From: Gammaproteobacteria bacterium
GTDB lineage: Bacteria > Pseudomonadota > Gammaproteobacteria > Eutrophobiales > Eutrophobiaceae
Direction: 5' to 3'
Length of the DNA: 64,000 nt
NCBI GenBank assembly: GCA_947480335.1
Contig: CANKCB010000006.1
Coordinates: forward strand, 13,148-77,147
This document shows, one piece after another, positions 22,880 through 34,285 of this stretch. Each line of letters opens with the position of its first letter. The stretch's first letter is position 1. The notes beneath the pieces are model-generated. The model was not told where the DNA came from, did not search any database, and saw only the letters and a program-made list of their open reading frames with translations. A program made the position numbers and the translations under genes.

Positions 22880-22896
22880 ATTTCTTTCTCCAGAGA

Positions 22897-23253
<357 letters not shown>

Positions 23254-23340
23254 CTAATATTTTTAGTGTTTTTTGATCTCTATTCAGGCACAAATAAAGT
23301 GCAAATTGCTCCAAAATTGCCCTGAATACGGCAAAAATAG

Positions 23341-23356
23341 TGCACGATATGTGCCA
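23341..23356 (-). promoter_or_regulatory. sigma54 -24/-12 promoter for glnK-amtB (copy 2 operon)
   Basis: - strand TGGCACATATCGTGCA, with GG-N10-GC spacing. Confidence 0.75.
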
Positions 23357-23431
23357 CAAAATAATAGTGTAATAATAACAACAGGTTACAAGACTTCATT
23401 CGTCTGAATAGAGGGAAAAACATGCTGGAAA

Positions 23432-23479
23432 TGCACCAAAATAAGACGTTTTTTAAGCACTACGCCCTGTTTTGGTTCA
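23432..23479. promoter_or_regulatory. Tandem NtrC-like binding sites
   Basis: TGCACCAAAATAAGACG (23432) and CGCCCTGTTTTGGTTCA (23463), 31 bp apart, upstream of the sigma54 site. Confidence 0.65.
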
Positions 23480-23562
23480 ATTTAATTGATTATTAACGGG
23501 GAATTTAACCCGCTTGCGCTGGCAGGTTTGAAGTACAGTCAGGCCTAAGCTGAACCTGATGT

Positions 23563-23919
<357 letters not shown>

Positions 23920-23963
23920 TCATTTCGAGACTGCTATGCAATATAAGTATAACCCTTACTGAT

Positions 23964-24001
23964 AAAAAATGCAGGGTACACTTGTCAGTGTACCCTGCAT
24001 G
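23964..24001 (-). terminator. Intrinsic terminator after amtB copy 1
   Basis: TGCAGGGTACAC...GTGTACCCTGCA stem with U-tract on the - strand. Confidence 0.82.
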
Positions 24002-24012
24002 AATTTGGACTA

Positions 24013-25371
24013 TTACAGATTATAACCGCGCTCGTTATGCATGGAGACGTCCAGACCTTCCGTTTCCTGATCTTCGGTCACTCTTAGACCAATTATCACA
24101 TCAACCACTTTAAGGATGATGACAGTCAGGATACCAGTGTAAATCAGCGTGAATAACACACCTTTACATTGTGTCATTAACTGACCTACTATCGTTACAC
24201 CTTCAGCTAGACCTACACCACCCAGACTGGCATCAGCGCAAAGACCGGTCAGGATTGCACCGATGATACCGCCAACACAGTGCACACCGAATACATCCAG
24301 CGAATCATCATAACCAATGGCCTTCTTCAGCTTTACCGAGGCGAGGAAACAACCCACTCCCGCTGCAGCACCAATGATCAGCGCGCCAATAGGACCGGCT
24401 GTTCCAGATGCCGGTGTAATCGCCACCAGTCCGGCAACCGCACCCGAAGCAATACCAAGTACACTGGGCTTACCGTGCGAAAACCATTCTATCGTCATCC
24501 AGGTCAATGCAGCAGCAGCCGTCGCGATTTGTGTAACGGCCATCGCCATACCAGCAGTACCGTTTGCAGCAACAGCTGAACCGGCGTTGAAACCAAACCA
24601 GCCTACCCACAGCATACCCGCACCGATGATGGTGAAGTTCAGGTTATGCGGCATCATCGGGCTGGTCGGATAACCCTTGCGTTTACCCAGCATGATGGCA
24701 GCAATCAAACCGGCAATACCCGCATTGATGTGTACGACTGTACCACCAGCGAAATCAAGCACGCCCCAGTCCCACAACAGACCACCAGCACCACTCCAGA
24801 CCATATGTGCGATCGGGAAATAAACCAGCGTTACCCAGATACCCATGAACAGTAACATCGCAGAGAACTTCATACGTTCTGCAAAGGCACCGACGATAAG
24901 TGCCGGGGTAATAATCGCGAAGGTCATCTGGAATGTCATAAACACACTTTCCGGAATCGCGTAGGTCAGACTGGCATTAGTCATGCCGTTCAGAAATAAG
25001 CGGCTGGTACCACCGATGAACGAGTTAAAGTTGACCACACCTGACTCCATTCCTGTGACATCAAAGGCCAGACTGTAGCCATAAACCATCCACAGAATCG
25101 AGACCAGACAGGTAATGGCAAAACATTGCATCATTACTGACAGCACGTTTTTGCTTCTCACCATGCCGGCATAAAACAATGACAATCCGGGTATGGTCAT
25201 AAACAGCACCAGAGCAGTTGAAGTCAGCATCCAGGCTGTATCACCTGAATTCAGCACAGCATCTTGCGCCATTACCAGTGTAGGGCTTAACAAAGCAGAT
25301 AATGCCAGCAAGCTTTTGCCCATCCTGGATTTAAATGCATTGGTAAATGCATATTTAATTAAATGTGACAT
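24013..25371 (-). CDS. amtB: Ammonium transporter (copy 1)
   Basis: Start MSHLI with GAGG RBS; signal peptide; DFAGGTVVH, DDSLDVFGVH. Confidence 0.95.
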   Translation of the reverse strand: MSHLIKYAFTNAFKSRMGKSLLALSALLSPTLVMAQDAVLNSGDTAWMLTSTALVLFMTIPGLSLFYAGMVRSKNVLSVMMQCFAITCLVSILWMVYGYSLAFDVTGMESGVVNFNSFIGGTSRLFLNGMTNASLTYAIPESVFMTFQMTFAIITPALIVGAFAERMKFSAMLLFMGIWVTLVYFPIAHMVWSGAGGLLWDWGVLDFAGGTVVHINAGIAGLIAAIMLGKRKGYPTSPMMPHNLNFTIIGAGMLWVGWFGFNAGSAVAANGTAGMAMAVTQIATAAAALTWMTIEWFSHGKPSVLGIASGAVAGLVAITPASGTAGPIGALIIGAAAGVGCFLASVKLKKAIGYDDSLDVFGVHCVGGIIGAILTGLCADASLGGVGLAEGVTIVGQLMTQCKGVLFTLIYTGILTVIILKVVDVIIGLRVTEDQETEGLDVSMHNERGYNL

Positions 25372-25393
25372 AGTTATATTCCTCAATGCCTGA

Positions 25394-25732
<339 letters not shown>

Positions 25733-25800
25733 TTAAAATTCCTCCAGGTTTGGTTATTGCCCTGACCGACCCATGTCAATCAGGGCTTTTGATTACTATC

Positions 25801-26523
25801 TCAGAAACTTCCTGATACTGAGAAAACAACCGCTGTGTCACACAGATTGGTACCACTGAAACAATCCTTTTCTTTCAAATCAGTATCAGATGCTTTTATC
25901 GCAAAAGTGTAAGGACCGAGCACCTTGCTCAGGCTGACATTGTATTCAAGCCAGTCAGGGGTGCCCCAGGCGGCTTCATCTTTTACGCTCTGCTGACCAA
26001 TATGGAAGCCCAGACTGAAATCACTTGGCAGAGTAAAGCCCAAGTCACTGTATACCCACCAACCTGCACCGCTATTGAACGAGAAGTCGTCAGCATACAT
26101 AAAGCCGGCACCCAGTTTCGGAGCCAGATCCCCACCAAAGGTATAGCTCAAACTTGGACCTACTTCCCAATAATCTACGCCAACGCCATCACCACTCGAT
26201 GGATATTCATAATAAGTACCGAGTAATTTCCAGGCTAAACCACCATCCGTTTCACCGGCCAGGCCACCGTAATAATCGATTTCCAGTCCACCACCGAAAT
26301 TAATGTTGGATGCCCAGGTGCCGAGGAACAAACCGCTTTCATGTGCAAAATCAAAACCTCCTTGAATGGTCGGGTTATTGTCTGTCTGCGACTGGCCTCT
26401 GAATAAATAATCCGATGCCAGGGTCACATTGCCCGTGAACGAATAAGGTGAGTCCTGTGCGGACACAATTGCAGGAACCATCAGAACTACAGCTGAAAGG
26501 ATCAGGCTAAACAACTTTTTCAT
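25801..26523 (-). CDS. TorF-family putative porin (copy 1)
   Basis: Signal peptide; SDYLFRGQSQT, IQGGFD, GTWASN, EIDYYGG; C-terminal Phe; glnK-amtB context. Confidence 0.88.
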   Translation of the reverse strand: MKKLFSLILSAVVLMVPAIVSAQDSPYSFTGNVTLASDYLFRGQSQTDNNPTIQGGFDFAHESGLFLGTWASNINFGGGLEIDYYGGLAGETDGGLAWKLLGTYYEYPSSGDGVGVDYWEVGPSLSYTFGGDLAPKLGAGFMYADDFSFNSGAGWWVYSDLGFTLPSDFSLGFHIGQQSVKDEAAWGTPDWLEYNVSLSKVLGPYTFAIKASDTDLKEKDCFSGTNLCDTAVVFSVSGSF

Positions 26524-26573
26524 GACTCTCTATCTCCATTGTTGATTGTATTGGTACTACTACGCTGAGAGAT

Positions 26574-26589
26574 TGCATTAAGCGTGCCA
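26574..26589 (-). promoter_or_regulatory. sigma54 -24/-12 promoter for porin-glnK-amtB
   Basis: - strand TGGCACGCTTAATGCA, with GG-N10-GC spacing. Confidence 0.78.
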
Positions 26590-26673
26590 TTAATATTTTT
26601 ATTATTAATAACAATTAGATAGGGAATTAATTTGGTTGTAATATTTCAGAAAATCTTCTGGAAACACTGATAA

Positions 26674-26721
26674 CGCACCATAGTGATGCTCTAATTTACC
26701 GCGACGCACAAACATAGTGCC
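26674..26721. promoter_or_regulatory. Tandem NtrC-like binding sites
   Basis: CGCACCATAGTGATGCT (26674) and CGCACAAACATAGTGCC (26705), 31 bp apart. Confidence 0.7.
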
Positions 26722-26772
26722 ATGTTGGACGAAACAGTGTTTGTTTTATACAAAACATCCACTTTGACAAAT

Positions 26773-26807
26773 AAAAAAGCCCCGACCAATTTGCATCGAT
26801 CGGGGCT
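26773..26807 (-). terminator. Intrinsic terminator after porin copy 2
   Basis: AAAAAAGCCCCGA...TCGGGGCT; U-tract on the - strand. Confidence 0.75.
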
Positions 26808-26849
26808 GATTGGTCAGATTACTGACCAGACTAAGTTTTACAGGATCTG

Positions 26850-27572
26850 TTAGAAACTACCAGATATTGATAAAATTACAGTCGTATCACAGGTATTGGC
26901 ACCACCAAAACACTCGGAAGGTTTCAAGTCAGTATCTGAAACCTTGATTCCCAAGTTATACGGACCAATTGCCTTGGTCAAACTGGCATTGTATTCCAGC
27001 CAATCCGGGGTACCCCAGGTTGCTTCATCCTGAATAGACTGCTGTCCAAGGTGGAAGCCCAGGCTGAAATCAGCTGGTAAGGTAAAGCCCAAATCACTGT
27101 ATACAAACCAACCTTCACCACTGTTATAGGAGAAGTCGTCGGCATACATGAAGCCGGCGCCCAGTGTTGGGGCCAATTCACCACCAAAGGTATAGGTCAG
27201 ACTTGGACCTGCTTCCCAGTAATCAGCGCCTACACCATCACCACTGGAAGGATACTGATAGTAGATACCATTCAGATCCCAAGACAGCCCATCAACTAAC
27301 TCACCGGTCATACCACCGTAGTAGTCAATTTCCAGACCACCAGCAAAATTGATATTGGATGCCCAGGTACCCAGATACAGGCCAGACTCATGAGAATAGT
27401 CAAAACCACCCTGAATTGTCGGGTTATTATCGGTCTGTGACTGGCCTCTGAACAGGTAATCGGACGCCAGGGTCACATTGCCAGTGAAACTGTATGGTGA
27501 GTCCTGCGCAATGGATGCAAGCGGTATGGCTGCAATGACTAATGTAGCTACTATCTTGGATAATTTATTCAT
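26850..27572 (-). CDS. TorF-family putative porin (copy 2)
   Basis: 240-aa paralog of 25801-26523 with identical QDSPYSFTGNVTLASDYLFRGQSQTDNNPTIQGGFD. Confidence 0.88.
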   Translation of the reverse strand: MNKLSKIVATLVIAAIPLASIAQDSPYSFTGNVTLASDYLFRGQSQTDNNPTIQGGFDYSHESGLYLGTWASNINFAGGLEIDYYGGMTGELVDGLSWDLNGIYYQYPSSGDGVGADYWEAGPSLTYTFGGELAPTLGAGFMYADDFSYNSGEGWFVYSDLGFTLPADFSLGFHLGQQSIQDEATWGTPDWLEYNASLTKAIGPYNLGIKVSDTDLKPSECFGGANTCDTTVILSISGSF

Positions 27573-27797
27573 ATTTAATTTAACTCCTTGGTTTTAAAAA
27601 CAAATTTACTACTGCTGCAAATATAACACAGTTGTGTTGTATTTTATTCACAATGTAGTAAAAACACTATTTACTCTGTAAGTTCAAATATGGTGCATGA
27701 AAGGACGACTTCAGCATTAATAAGCTCAAATTCTCTATGTGGTCAGGTAGCATCAATATGCACTGCAACTTCATATGCCTGCTGATAACATAGCCGC

Positions 27798-28052
27798 ATG
27801 TTTAAACCTGAAAATTTCACTGACGCCGTACAGCAATTCTCAAAACTGTTGCCCGTTGATATACAACAGGCCAGATCAGACATTGAAAAAAATGTGAAAG
27901 CGGCCATGTCCGCTACTCTGGCAAAAATGGATCTGGTTACACGTGAGGAGTTCGATATACAGGTAGCATTGCTTGCCAAAACTCGTGCGCTGGTAAATGA
28001 GCTGGAAGACAAACTCAGCCAACTGGAAGTAAAATCAAACTCAGCGAAGTAA
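27798..28052 (+). CDS. ubiK: Ubiquinone biosynthesis accessory factor UbiK (YqiC)
   Basis: KMDLVTREEFDIQ..LL.KTR motif; usual position between glnK and comM. Confidence 0.88.
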   Translation: MFKPENFTDAVQQFSKLLPVDIQQARSDIEKNVKAAMSATLAKMDLVTREEFDIQVALLAKTRALVNELEDKLSQLEVKSNSAK

Positions 28053-28091
28053 CACCTCTTATAAGGAATTGTTAATCATGCATAAAGGAAT

Positions 28092-29614
28092 ATGCTCATG
28101 GACGTCGCCGTTGTATTTAGCCGCGCACTCGCCGGAATAAACTCACCTCAGGTCACCATCGAAGTCCATTTGTCACGTGGACTGCCCGGCATGTCAATTG
28201 TTGGGCTGCCAGAAACTGCCGTGAAGGAAAGTCGGGATAGAGTGCGCAGCGCCCTGCTCAATAATCATTTTGATTTTCCGCTACAACGTATAACCGTCAA
28301 CCTGGCGCCGGCCGATCTACCCAAGGAAGGTGGACGTTATGATTTACCGATTGCCATAGGAATACTCGCCGCGTCGAGTCAGATTCCAATCAATCAATTG
28401 CAACACTATGAGTTTGTCGGCGAACTAGCCCTGACCGGTGAATTAAGAGCAGTCCATGGTTGCCTGCCCATGGCCAATTCAACCCGCTCTACAGGACGTA
28501 GTCTGATTTTACCAAGAACCAATGCGGAAGAAGCGGCGTTGATACCCGACTTGGCGATTTACCCGGCAACGCATTTGTTACAGGTCTGCACCATTTGACC
28601 GGTAGCCATCCGCTTGCAGAATTCCATTGCACGCACACGAGGCAGACTCGCCAATATCCGAACCTGGTTGATATACGCGGCCAACATCAAGCCAAACGAG
28701 CGATCGAAATTGCCGCAGCGGGCAGTCATAACCTGCTGATGATAGGGCCTCCTGGTACGGGCAAAACCATGCTCGCAGAAAGATTGCCAGGACTACTGCC
28801 ACCCATGAGTGAGACCCAATCACTGGAATCGGCGGCTATCTGCTCGATTAGCAATCAGGGATTTAATATTCAAAGCTGGGGCCAGCGTCCGTTCCGCAGT
28901 CCACACCATACATCGTCTGCAATCGCACTGGTCGGAGGTGGCAGTCATCCACGACCAGGAGAGATTTCACTCGCGCATCAGGGTGTGCTGTTTCTGGATG
29001 AGTTACCGGAATTTGATCGCAAGGTACTCGAAGTGTTACGTGAACCGCTGGAATCGGGAAAGATCACCATCTCCCGAGCAGCACATCAGGCAGAGTTTCC
29101 AGCACGCTTCCAGTTGGTTGCCGCAATGAATCCCTGCCCGTGTGGATATTACACCGATACCTCTGGCCGTTGTGAATGTACCGCCGAACAAATCCGACGT
29201 TACCGTTCCCGCATTTCAGGCCCATTATTGGATCGTATCGACATGCAAATTGAAGTACCCAACATGACCCGTCAGATAATCACCGGCGCAGATACCGGCA
29301 AACGGGAAACCAGTGCCGAAGTACATGAACGCGTGGTGGTGGCCTACCAGCTGCAATTACAACGCGCCGGGAAACCCAATAACTGGCTGGACAATAGTGA
29401 AGTGGAACGCTACTGCCCACTTGATACGCAACAGCGACAACTGCTGGAAAAAATAATCGTTAAATACAATCTGTCTGCCAAAGCGTTGCATCGCATCCTG
29501 AAAGTAGCCAGGACCATTGCAGACCTTGCCCAATCCGATTCCATACTCACTCCCCATCTGCAAGAAGCTATAAATTACCGACGACTTGATCGTTTGCAAC
29601 GTCAGCAAAATTAA
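28092..29614 (+). CDS. comM: YifB/ComM Mg-chelatase-like AAA ATPase, split by an apparent 1-nt deletion near 28591
   Basis: VGLPETAVKESRDRV and NLAPADLPKEG in ORF 1; GPPGTGKT, RPGEISLAH, FLDELPEF, MNPCPCG in ORF 2. Confidence 0.92.
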
Positions 29615-29719
29615 TAGTAAACCTGATCCAAATCAAAATTTTTCAGTTGTTTTTGAACAATAATCACCATGAGAGTGATTCTCAAGTAAATCTTCTACTC
29701 AGCATTATAAATCTGTATT

Positions 29720-29738
29720 TGTAATGCGAATCATTATC
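29720..29738. promoter_or_regulatory. Fur box
   Basis: TGTAATGCGAATCATTATC, 15/19 match to GATAATGATAATCATTATC, upstream of a TonB receptor. Confidence 0.8.
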
Positions 29739-29799
29739 ATTTATAATATTAAAAGTAGGTAAGATATTGTTTTATTTGACTAATATAAAGAGGCCATCA

Positions 29800-31947
29800 A
29801 TGAACAGACAAAATCTAGGCAAAATGGTTAATCCATTATTACTGAAACTGCTTGGTGGTGTTCTGTCCTGTTTGCTCCTGACTGAAGCCTATGCCCAATC
29901 CCCGGCACACATCGAAGAAATTATCGTGAACGGTGAAGCTGGTCATGCCTACAAAATCCAGCAAACCAGCTCGGCCACAAAAACTGACACCTTGCTGCGT
30001 GATATTCCCCAGTCCATATCCGTCGTGACATCGGAACAAACCCGTGACCAGTCTGCACAGGGTCTGGCTGAAGCGTTACGTTATATTCCTGGCGTTAGTT
30101 TTGCCCAGGGCGAAGGTAATCGGGAAACACCGATCTTTCGTGGTATTTCCACGACCGGCGATTTTTTTGTCGATGGGGTACGCGATGACGTCCAGTATTA
30201 CCGCGATCTGTACAACATCGAACGTGTCGAAGTGTTTCGCGGACCGAATGCGATGATCTTTGGTCGTGGTGCAACAGGTGGGCTAATTAACCGTGTCACC
30301 AAAACACCGTCCAGCCTGCCCCACCAGTCCGGTTCACTGACCTTTGGTTCACATACGAATCGTCGTGTCATTGCAGACATCAATCAACCAGTGAACGACA
30401 CTCTGGCCGTTCGTGTGAATGGTTTATACGAAAATTCCGAAAGTTATCGCGAGGGTGTCTGGTTAAAACGCAAAGGCATTGCCCCCTCCGCTTCCTGGCA
30501 AGCGAATGCGAACACCATGCTACAGATGAACTATGAACACTTTGAAGATGATCGCATTGCTGATCGCGGCATCAGCTCGTATCAGGGTAAACCGCTCAAG
30601 ACTAGCGCATCGACTTTTTTTGGAAACGCAGAAGCCAGCCCGACCTGGTCCAGACTGGACGCGGTATCTGGCCTGATTGAACACGACTTTGCCAACGGCC
30701 TTACCCTGCGTAATCGCAGCCGTTGGGCCATACAGGACAAGTTTTACCAGAATGTGTTTGCCGGCAATGTGAATGCGACAGGCACCAGCGTGGCCATTTC
30801 TGCCTATAACAATGCCATGTCGCGCAAAAACCTGTTTAACCAGACGGACCTCATCTTGCCGGTACACACTGGCAAGATTGAACACACTTTACTGGCCGGC
30901 GTTGAACTCGGCGAACAGGATACGAAAAATTTACGTACTACCGGTTTCTTTGCTGGCAATCTCGCTACTGTTAATGTCCCGCTGTCCAACCCGGTTACGC
31001 CGCCGCCAATTACTTACAGACCCAATGCCACCGATGCGAACAACAATGGCACATCGCAGCTAGCCGCTGTCTATGCACAGAACCAGGTCAGAATCAGTAG
31101 CCATTTCCAGATTGTGGCCGGTCTGCGCTATGACCGCTTCAAAATGAACTTTAAAAACAACCCTACTAGCCAGTCATTCAATATCACAGACGAGTTCGTC
31201 TCTCCACGTGTGGGCATAATCTACAACCCGCTCGCCACCCTGTCGCTGTATGCCAACTACAGCCTGGCAAACCAGCCGCGCGCCGGAGACCAGTTGTCTT
31301 CGTTGACCCTGACCAACGCAAATCTGAAACCGGAGAAGTTCAATAACTATGAACTCGGTGCAAAGTGGGACATCGCCGATGATATGGCCGCTACCGCATC
31401 TGTGTTCCGATTGGATCGCACCAATGTGATCGTACTGGACCCAACCGACCCGACCAACACGCGTACCATTTTAAGTGATGGCCAGCGTACCAAAGGCGTC
31501 GAACTCGATTTAACCGGTCAGCTCAGTCCAAACTGGAGTATTGCGGGCGGTTATGCCTACAGCGATGCGCGATTCACCGCCAACACCAGCACAAGCTTGC
31601 GGGCAGGAGCGCGGGTTCGTCAAACACCCGAACACACGTTCAGTTTGTGGAACCGCTATGATGTGCTGCCAAGGCTGGGAGCCGGGCTGGGTATCGTGCA
31701 TATTGCGTCCCGGTTCGCGGCAAATGAATTGATTGCGACTGTCGATGCGCCAATCCCGAATGTGACACTGCCGGCATACACGCGGGTGGATGCCGCCTTG
31801 TTCTTCAAAATCAACGAATCCTGGCAGGCCCAGCTGAATGTTGAAAACGTGCTGAACGAAAACTATTTCATCAGCGCAAACAGCAATACCAATATCACGC
31901 CCGGCTCGCCACGCAGTCTGCGTGCCAGTGTGAACGTCCATTTCTGA
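29800..31947 (+). CDS. TonB-dependent siderophore receptor (Fiu-like)
   Basis: ATKTDTLLRDIPQSISVV, ERVEVFRGP, GGLINRVTK plug motifs; C-terminal Phe; Fur box. Confidence 0.9.
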   Translation: MNRQNLGKMVNPLLLKLLGGVLSCLLLTEAYAQSPAHIEEIIVNGEAGHAYKIQQTSSATKTDTLLRDIPQSISVVTSEQTRDQSAQGLAEALRYIPGVSFAQGEGNRETPIFRGISTTGDFFVDGVRDDVQYYRDLYNIERVEVFRGPNAMIFGRGATGGLINRVTKTPSSLPHQSGSLTFGSHTNRRVIADINQPVNDTLAVRVNGLYENSESYREGVWLKRKGIAPSASWQANANTMLQMNYEHFEDDRIADRGISSYQGKPLKTSASTFFGNAEASPTWSRLDAVSGLIEHDFANGLTLRNRSRWAIQDKFYQNVFAGNVNATGTSVAISAYNNAMSRKNLFNQTDLILPVHTGKIEHTLLAGVELGEQDTKNLRTTGFFAGNLATVNVPLSNPVTPPPITYRPNATDANNNGTSQLAAVYAQNQVRISSHFQIVAGLRYDRFKMNFKNNPTSQSFNITDEFVSPRVGIIYNPLATLSLYANYSLANQPRAGDQLSSLTLTNANLKPEKFNNYELGAKWDIADDMAATASVFRLDRTNVIVLDPTDPTNTRTILSDGQRTKGVELDLTGQLSPNWSIAGGYAYSDARFTANTSTSLRAGARVRQTPEHTFSLWNRYDVLPRLGAGLGIVHIASRFAANELIATVDAPIPNVTLPAYTRVDAALFFKINESWQAQLNVENVLNENYFISANSNTNITPGSPRSLRASVNVHF

Positions 31948-32082
31948 CCATCCGTTCGCTGCGTGGCAAACGGGAGCAATCAGACTCTGTTTGCCCGCAG
32001 AAAGGGTTGGTATCAGAAGAGGCTAAACTGGCGATGGCTGAACTGACTTGCATCAAGGTTGGCTATCCTGTCAAATAAGGGC

Positions 32083-32466
32083 ATGACAAAAAAACGCCAT
32101 CAGGAAATCCGCATCACCATCGAAACGTCCTACATCGAGGAGCAATCGGTACCCGAGCAGGCTCGGTTCGTGTTCTCGTATACGATCCATATCCAGAATG
32201 GCACCAGTGAACCGGTCAAACTGTTGCGGCGTCACTGGATCATTACCGACGCGAATAACAAAATCCAGGAAGTACGTGGTGAAGGTGTCGTCGGCGTCCA
32301 GCCGTATCTGAATCCGGAACAGTCGTTCACCTACACCAGCGGCGCCATACTGGAAACCCCGGTTGGTTGCATGCAAGGCAGCTATTACTTTATTACCGAT
32401 GACGGTATCGAATTCGAAGCGCCTATCCCGGTGTTTCGATTGTCTACCTCGGTCACCATGCACTAG
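32083..32466 (+). CDS. apaG: ApaG protein
   Basis: FSYTIHIQN, LLRRHWIITD, GEGVVGVQP, YTSG, MQGSY. Confidence 0.93.
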   Translation: MTKKRHQEIRITIETSYIEEQSVPEQARFVFSYTIHIQNGTSEPVKLLRRHWIITDANNKIQEVRGEGVVGVQPYLNPEQSFTYTSGAILETPVGCMQGSYYFITDDGIEFEAPIPVFRLSTSVTMH

Positions 32467-32479
32467 CAGTACAGCAGCT

Positions 32480-33316
32480 ATGCCAACCTATGTCATAGGC
32501 GACGTACAGGGCTGCTTTCAGGAATTACAGGATCTGCTGAGCAAGATCCGTTTCAATGAAAGTAAAGATCAGCTTTGGTTCACCGGCGATCTGGTCAACC
32601 GCGGTCCCGATTCACTGTCCACTCTGCGTTTCGTTAAAGAACTCAATGCAGTTACCGTGCTGGGCAATCATGATTTGCACCTGTTGGCGATCGCCGAACG
32701 CATACGCAAGCCTGCCAGACTCGACACGCTGGATACGATACTCAAAGCGAAAGATCGCGATGAACTATTGCACTGGCTGAGACACCGACCCCTGTTACAT
32801 CATGATCTGGCGTCGGGTTACACAATGGTCCATGCCGGACTACCTCCGCAATGGGATTTGCACACAGCCCAGACGCTCGCGCGTGAAGTCGAACAGGCTT
32901 TGCAATCTCGACACTACCGCGGCCTGCTGGAACAGATGTATGGCAACCAGCCCGACCAATGGAACAAACAGTTAACAGGCATTGATCGGCAGCGCTTCAT
33001 TATCAATGCGTTTACACGCATACGGTTTTGCGACAAACATGGCGTGATGGACTTTGCCCACAAAGGTGCACCCGGCAGCGAGCCAGACTCATTACAACCC
33101 TGGTTCAGTCTGCCAAAACGTAAAACCCGAGATAACCCCATCCTGTTTGGCCACTGGGCCGCCATCTATTCCGGCAACATCAAGGACTTCAAGCCATTCA
33201 ATGTTTACCCGCTCGATACCGGTTGTGTTTGGGGCGACAAATTGACCGCGCTGCGTCTGGAAGACGGCAAACTGTTCCAGGTTGCATCTCGTCAGCAACA
33301 ATTGGCGTCAGACTAG
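32480..33316 (+). CDS. apaH: Symmetrical bis(5'-nucleosyl)-tetraphosphatase
   Basis: IGDVQGC, GDLVNRGPDS, LGNHDLH, HAGLPPQW, FGHWAA, LDTGCVWG. Confidence 0.95.
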   Translation: MPTYVIGDVQGCFQELQDLLSKIRFNESKDQLWFTGDLVNRGPDSLSTLRFVKELNAVTVLGNHDLHLLAIAERIRKPARLDTLDTILKAKDRDELLHWLRHRPLLHHDLASGYTMVHAGLPPQWDLHTAQTLAREVEQALQSRHYRGLLEQMYGNQPDQWNKQLTGIDRQRFIINAFTRIRFCDKHGVMDFAHKGAPGSEPDSLQPWFSLPKRKTRDNPILFGHWAAIYSGNIKDFKPFNVYPLDTGCVWGDKLTALRLEDGKLFQVASRQQQLASD

Positions 33317-33350
33317 GCTTTCAGGAGTATACTTTTCCCTATAGCTACTT

Positions 33351-34009
33351 ATGGAATCATTGCTCTGACTTCGTTTACTGAAACTGCCATCGTCTCCTTT
33401 ACCACGTTCTTCGCAACGGTTGCACCGCTGGACGTGGCAGCGATGTTTGCCGCCCTCACGCCAAACGCCACGCTCGAAGCAAAACGGTCAATGGCATTTC
33501 GTGGCACGTTCATCAGCGCTATCATCCTGTTGTGCTTTGCAATGGTCGGTGATGCTGCGCTTGCAACTCTGGGCATATCATTGGCGGCATTTAAAGTCTC
33601 GGGTGGCATTCTATTATTACTGATTGGTATTGAGATGGTGTTTGCCCGCAGCTCCGGCGGCACCTCGACCACGCAGGAAGAAGATGACGAAGCCATTATG
33701 CGGCCCGATATCGCCGTCTTCCCGCTCGCCACACCGTTGATCGCCGGCCCCGGAACAATGGGTGCCACCGTGCTATTAATGGCCGATGTAAAAGGCGACC
33801 TGTTGGGTGAAGCCGTTGTTATCGTTGCGCTGTTACTGGTATTACTGTTAACACTGATCCTGTTATTGCTAACATCCCGCGTACAAAAACTGTTCGGCGT
33901 CACCGCGATGTATGTGATCAGCCGCGTGTTCGGCGTATTGTTGTCTGCACTCGCTGTGCAATTCATGTTTGACGGACTGGCACAAAGCGGCCTGCTGGGA
34001 AATCTGTAA
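33351..34009 (+). CDS. MarC family membrane protein; start region has an apparent 1-nt deletion
   Basis: ETAIVSFTTFFATVAPLD lies in frame upstream of the ORF-track start; FKVSGGILL, AVFPLATPLIAGPG, SRVFGVLL. Confidence 0.88.
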
Positions 34010-34285
34010 ACACAGCCTCGTTGCAGCACAACAAATTGCTTAGGCTGTCGAATAGATAAAGCTGGATAGAGGCGTACTGTTTTAATTCACCCCGATTCGT
34101 CGTATGCTGCTATCAACTCAGTGATTTCAGGACTATCGAATGGTTAACCTGGACTACCCCAAACTTCCCTACACCGCCTTTGCACGGTTATCCAGTTATT
34201 TGTTAGATATCCGTGCATCTCATGCACACTATATAAGAAAAATAACTTGCATCATCCCTGTCACGTTAATACATAGTTATGCCTC

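Noticed and set aside
27764..27780. sigma54-like AGGCATATGAAGTTGCA upstream of porin copy 2
   Set aside because: GG-to-GC spacing is 11, not the required 10; at most vestigial
31948..32010. Long imperfect hairpin after the TonB receptor as an ncRNA
   Set aside because: No recognisable family; better explained as a terminator or stability hairpin
34074..34093. LexA box typical of intI promoters (TACTGTTTTAATTCACCC)
   Set aside because: Right half lacks CAG
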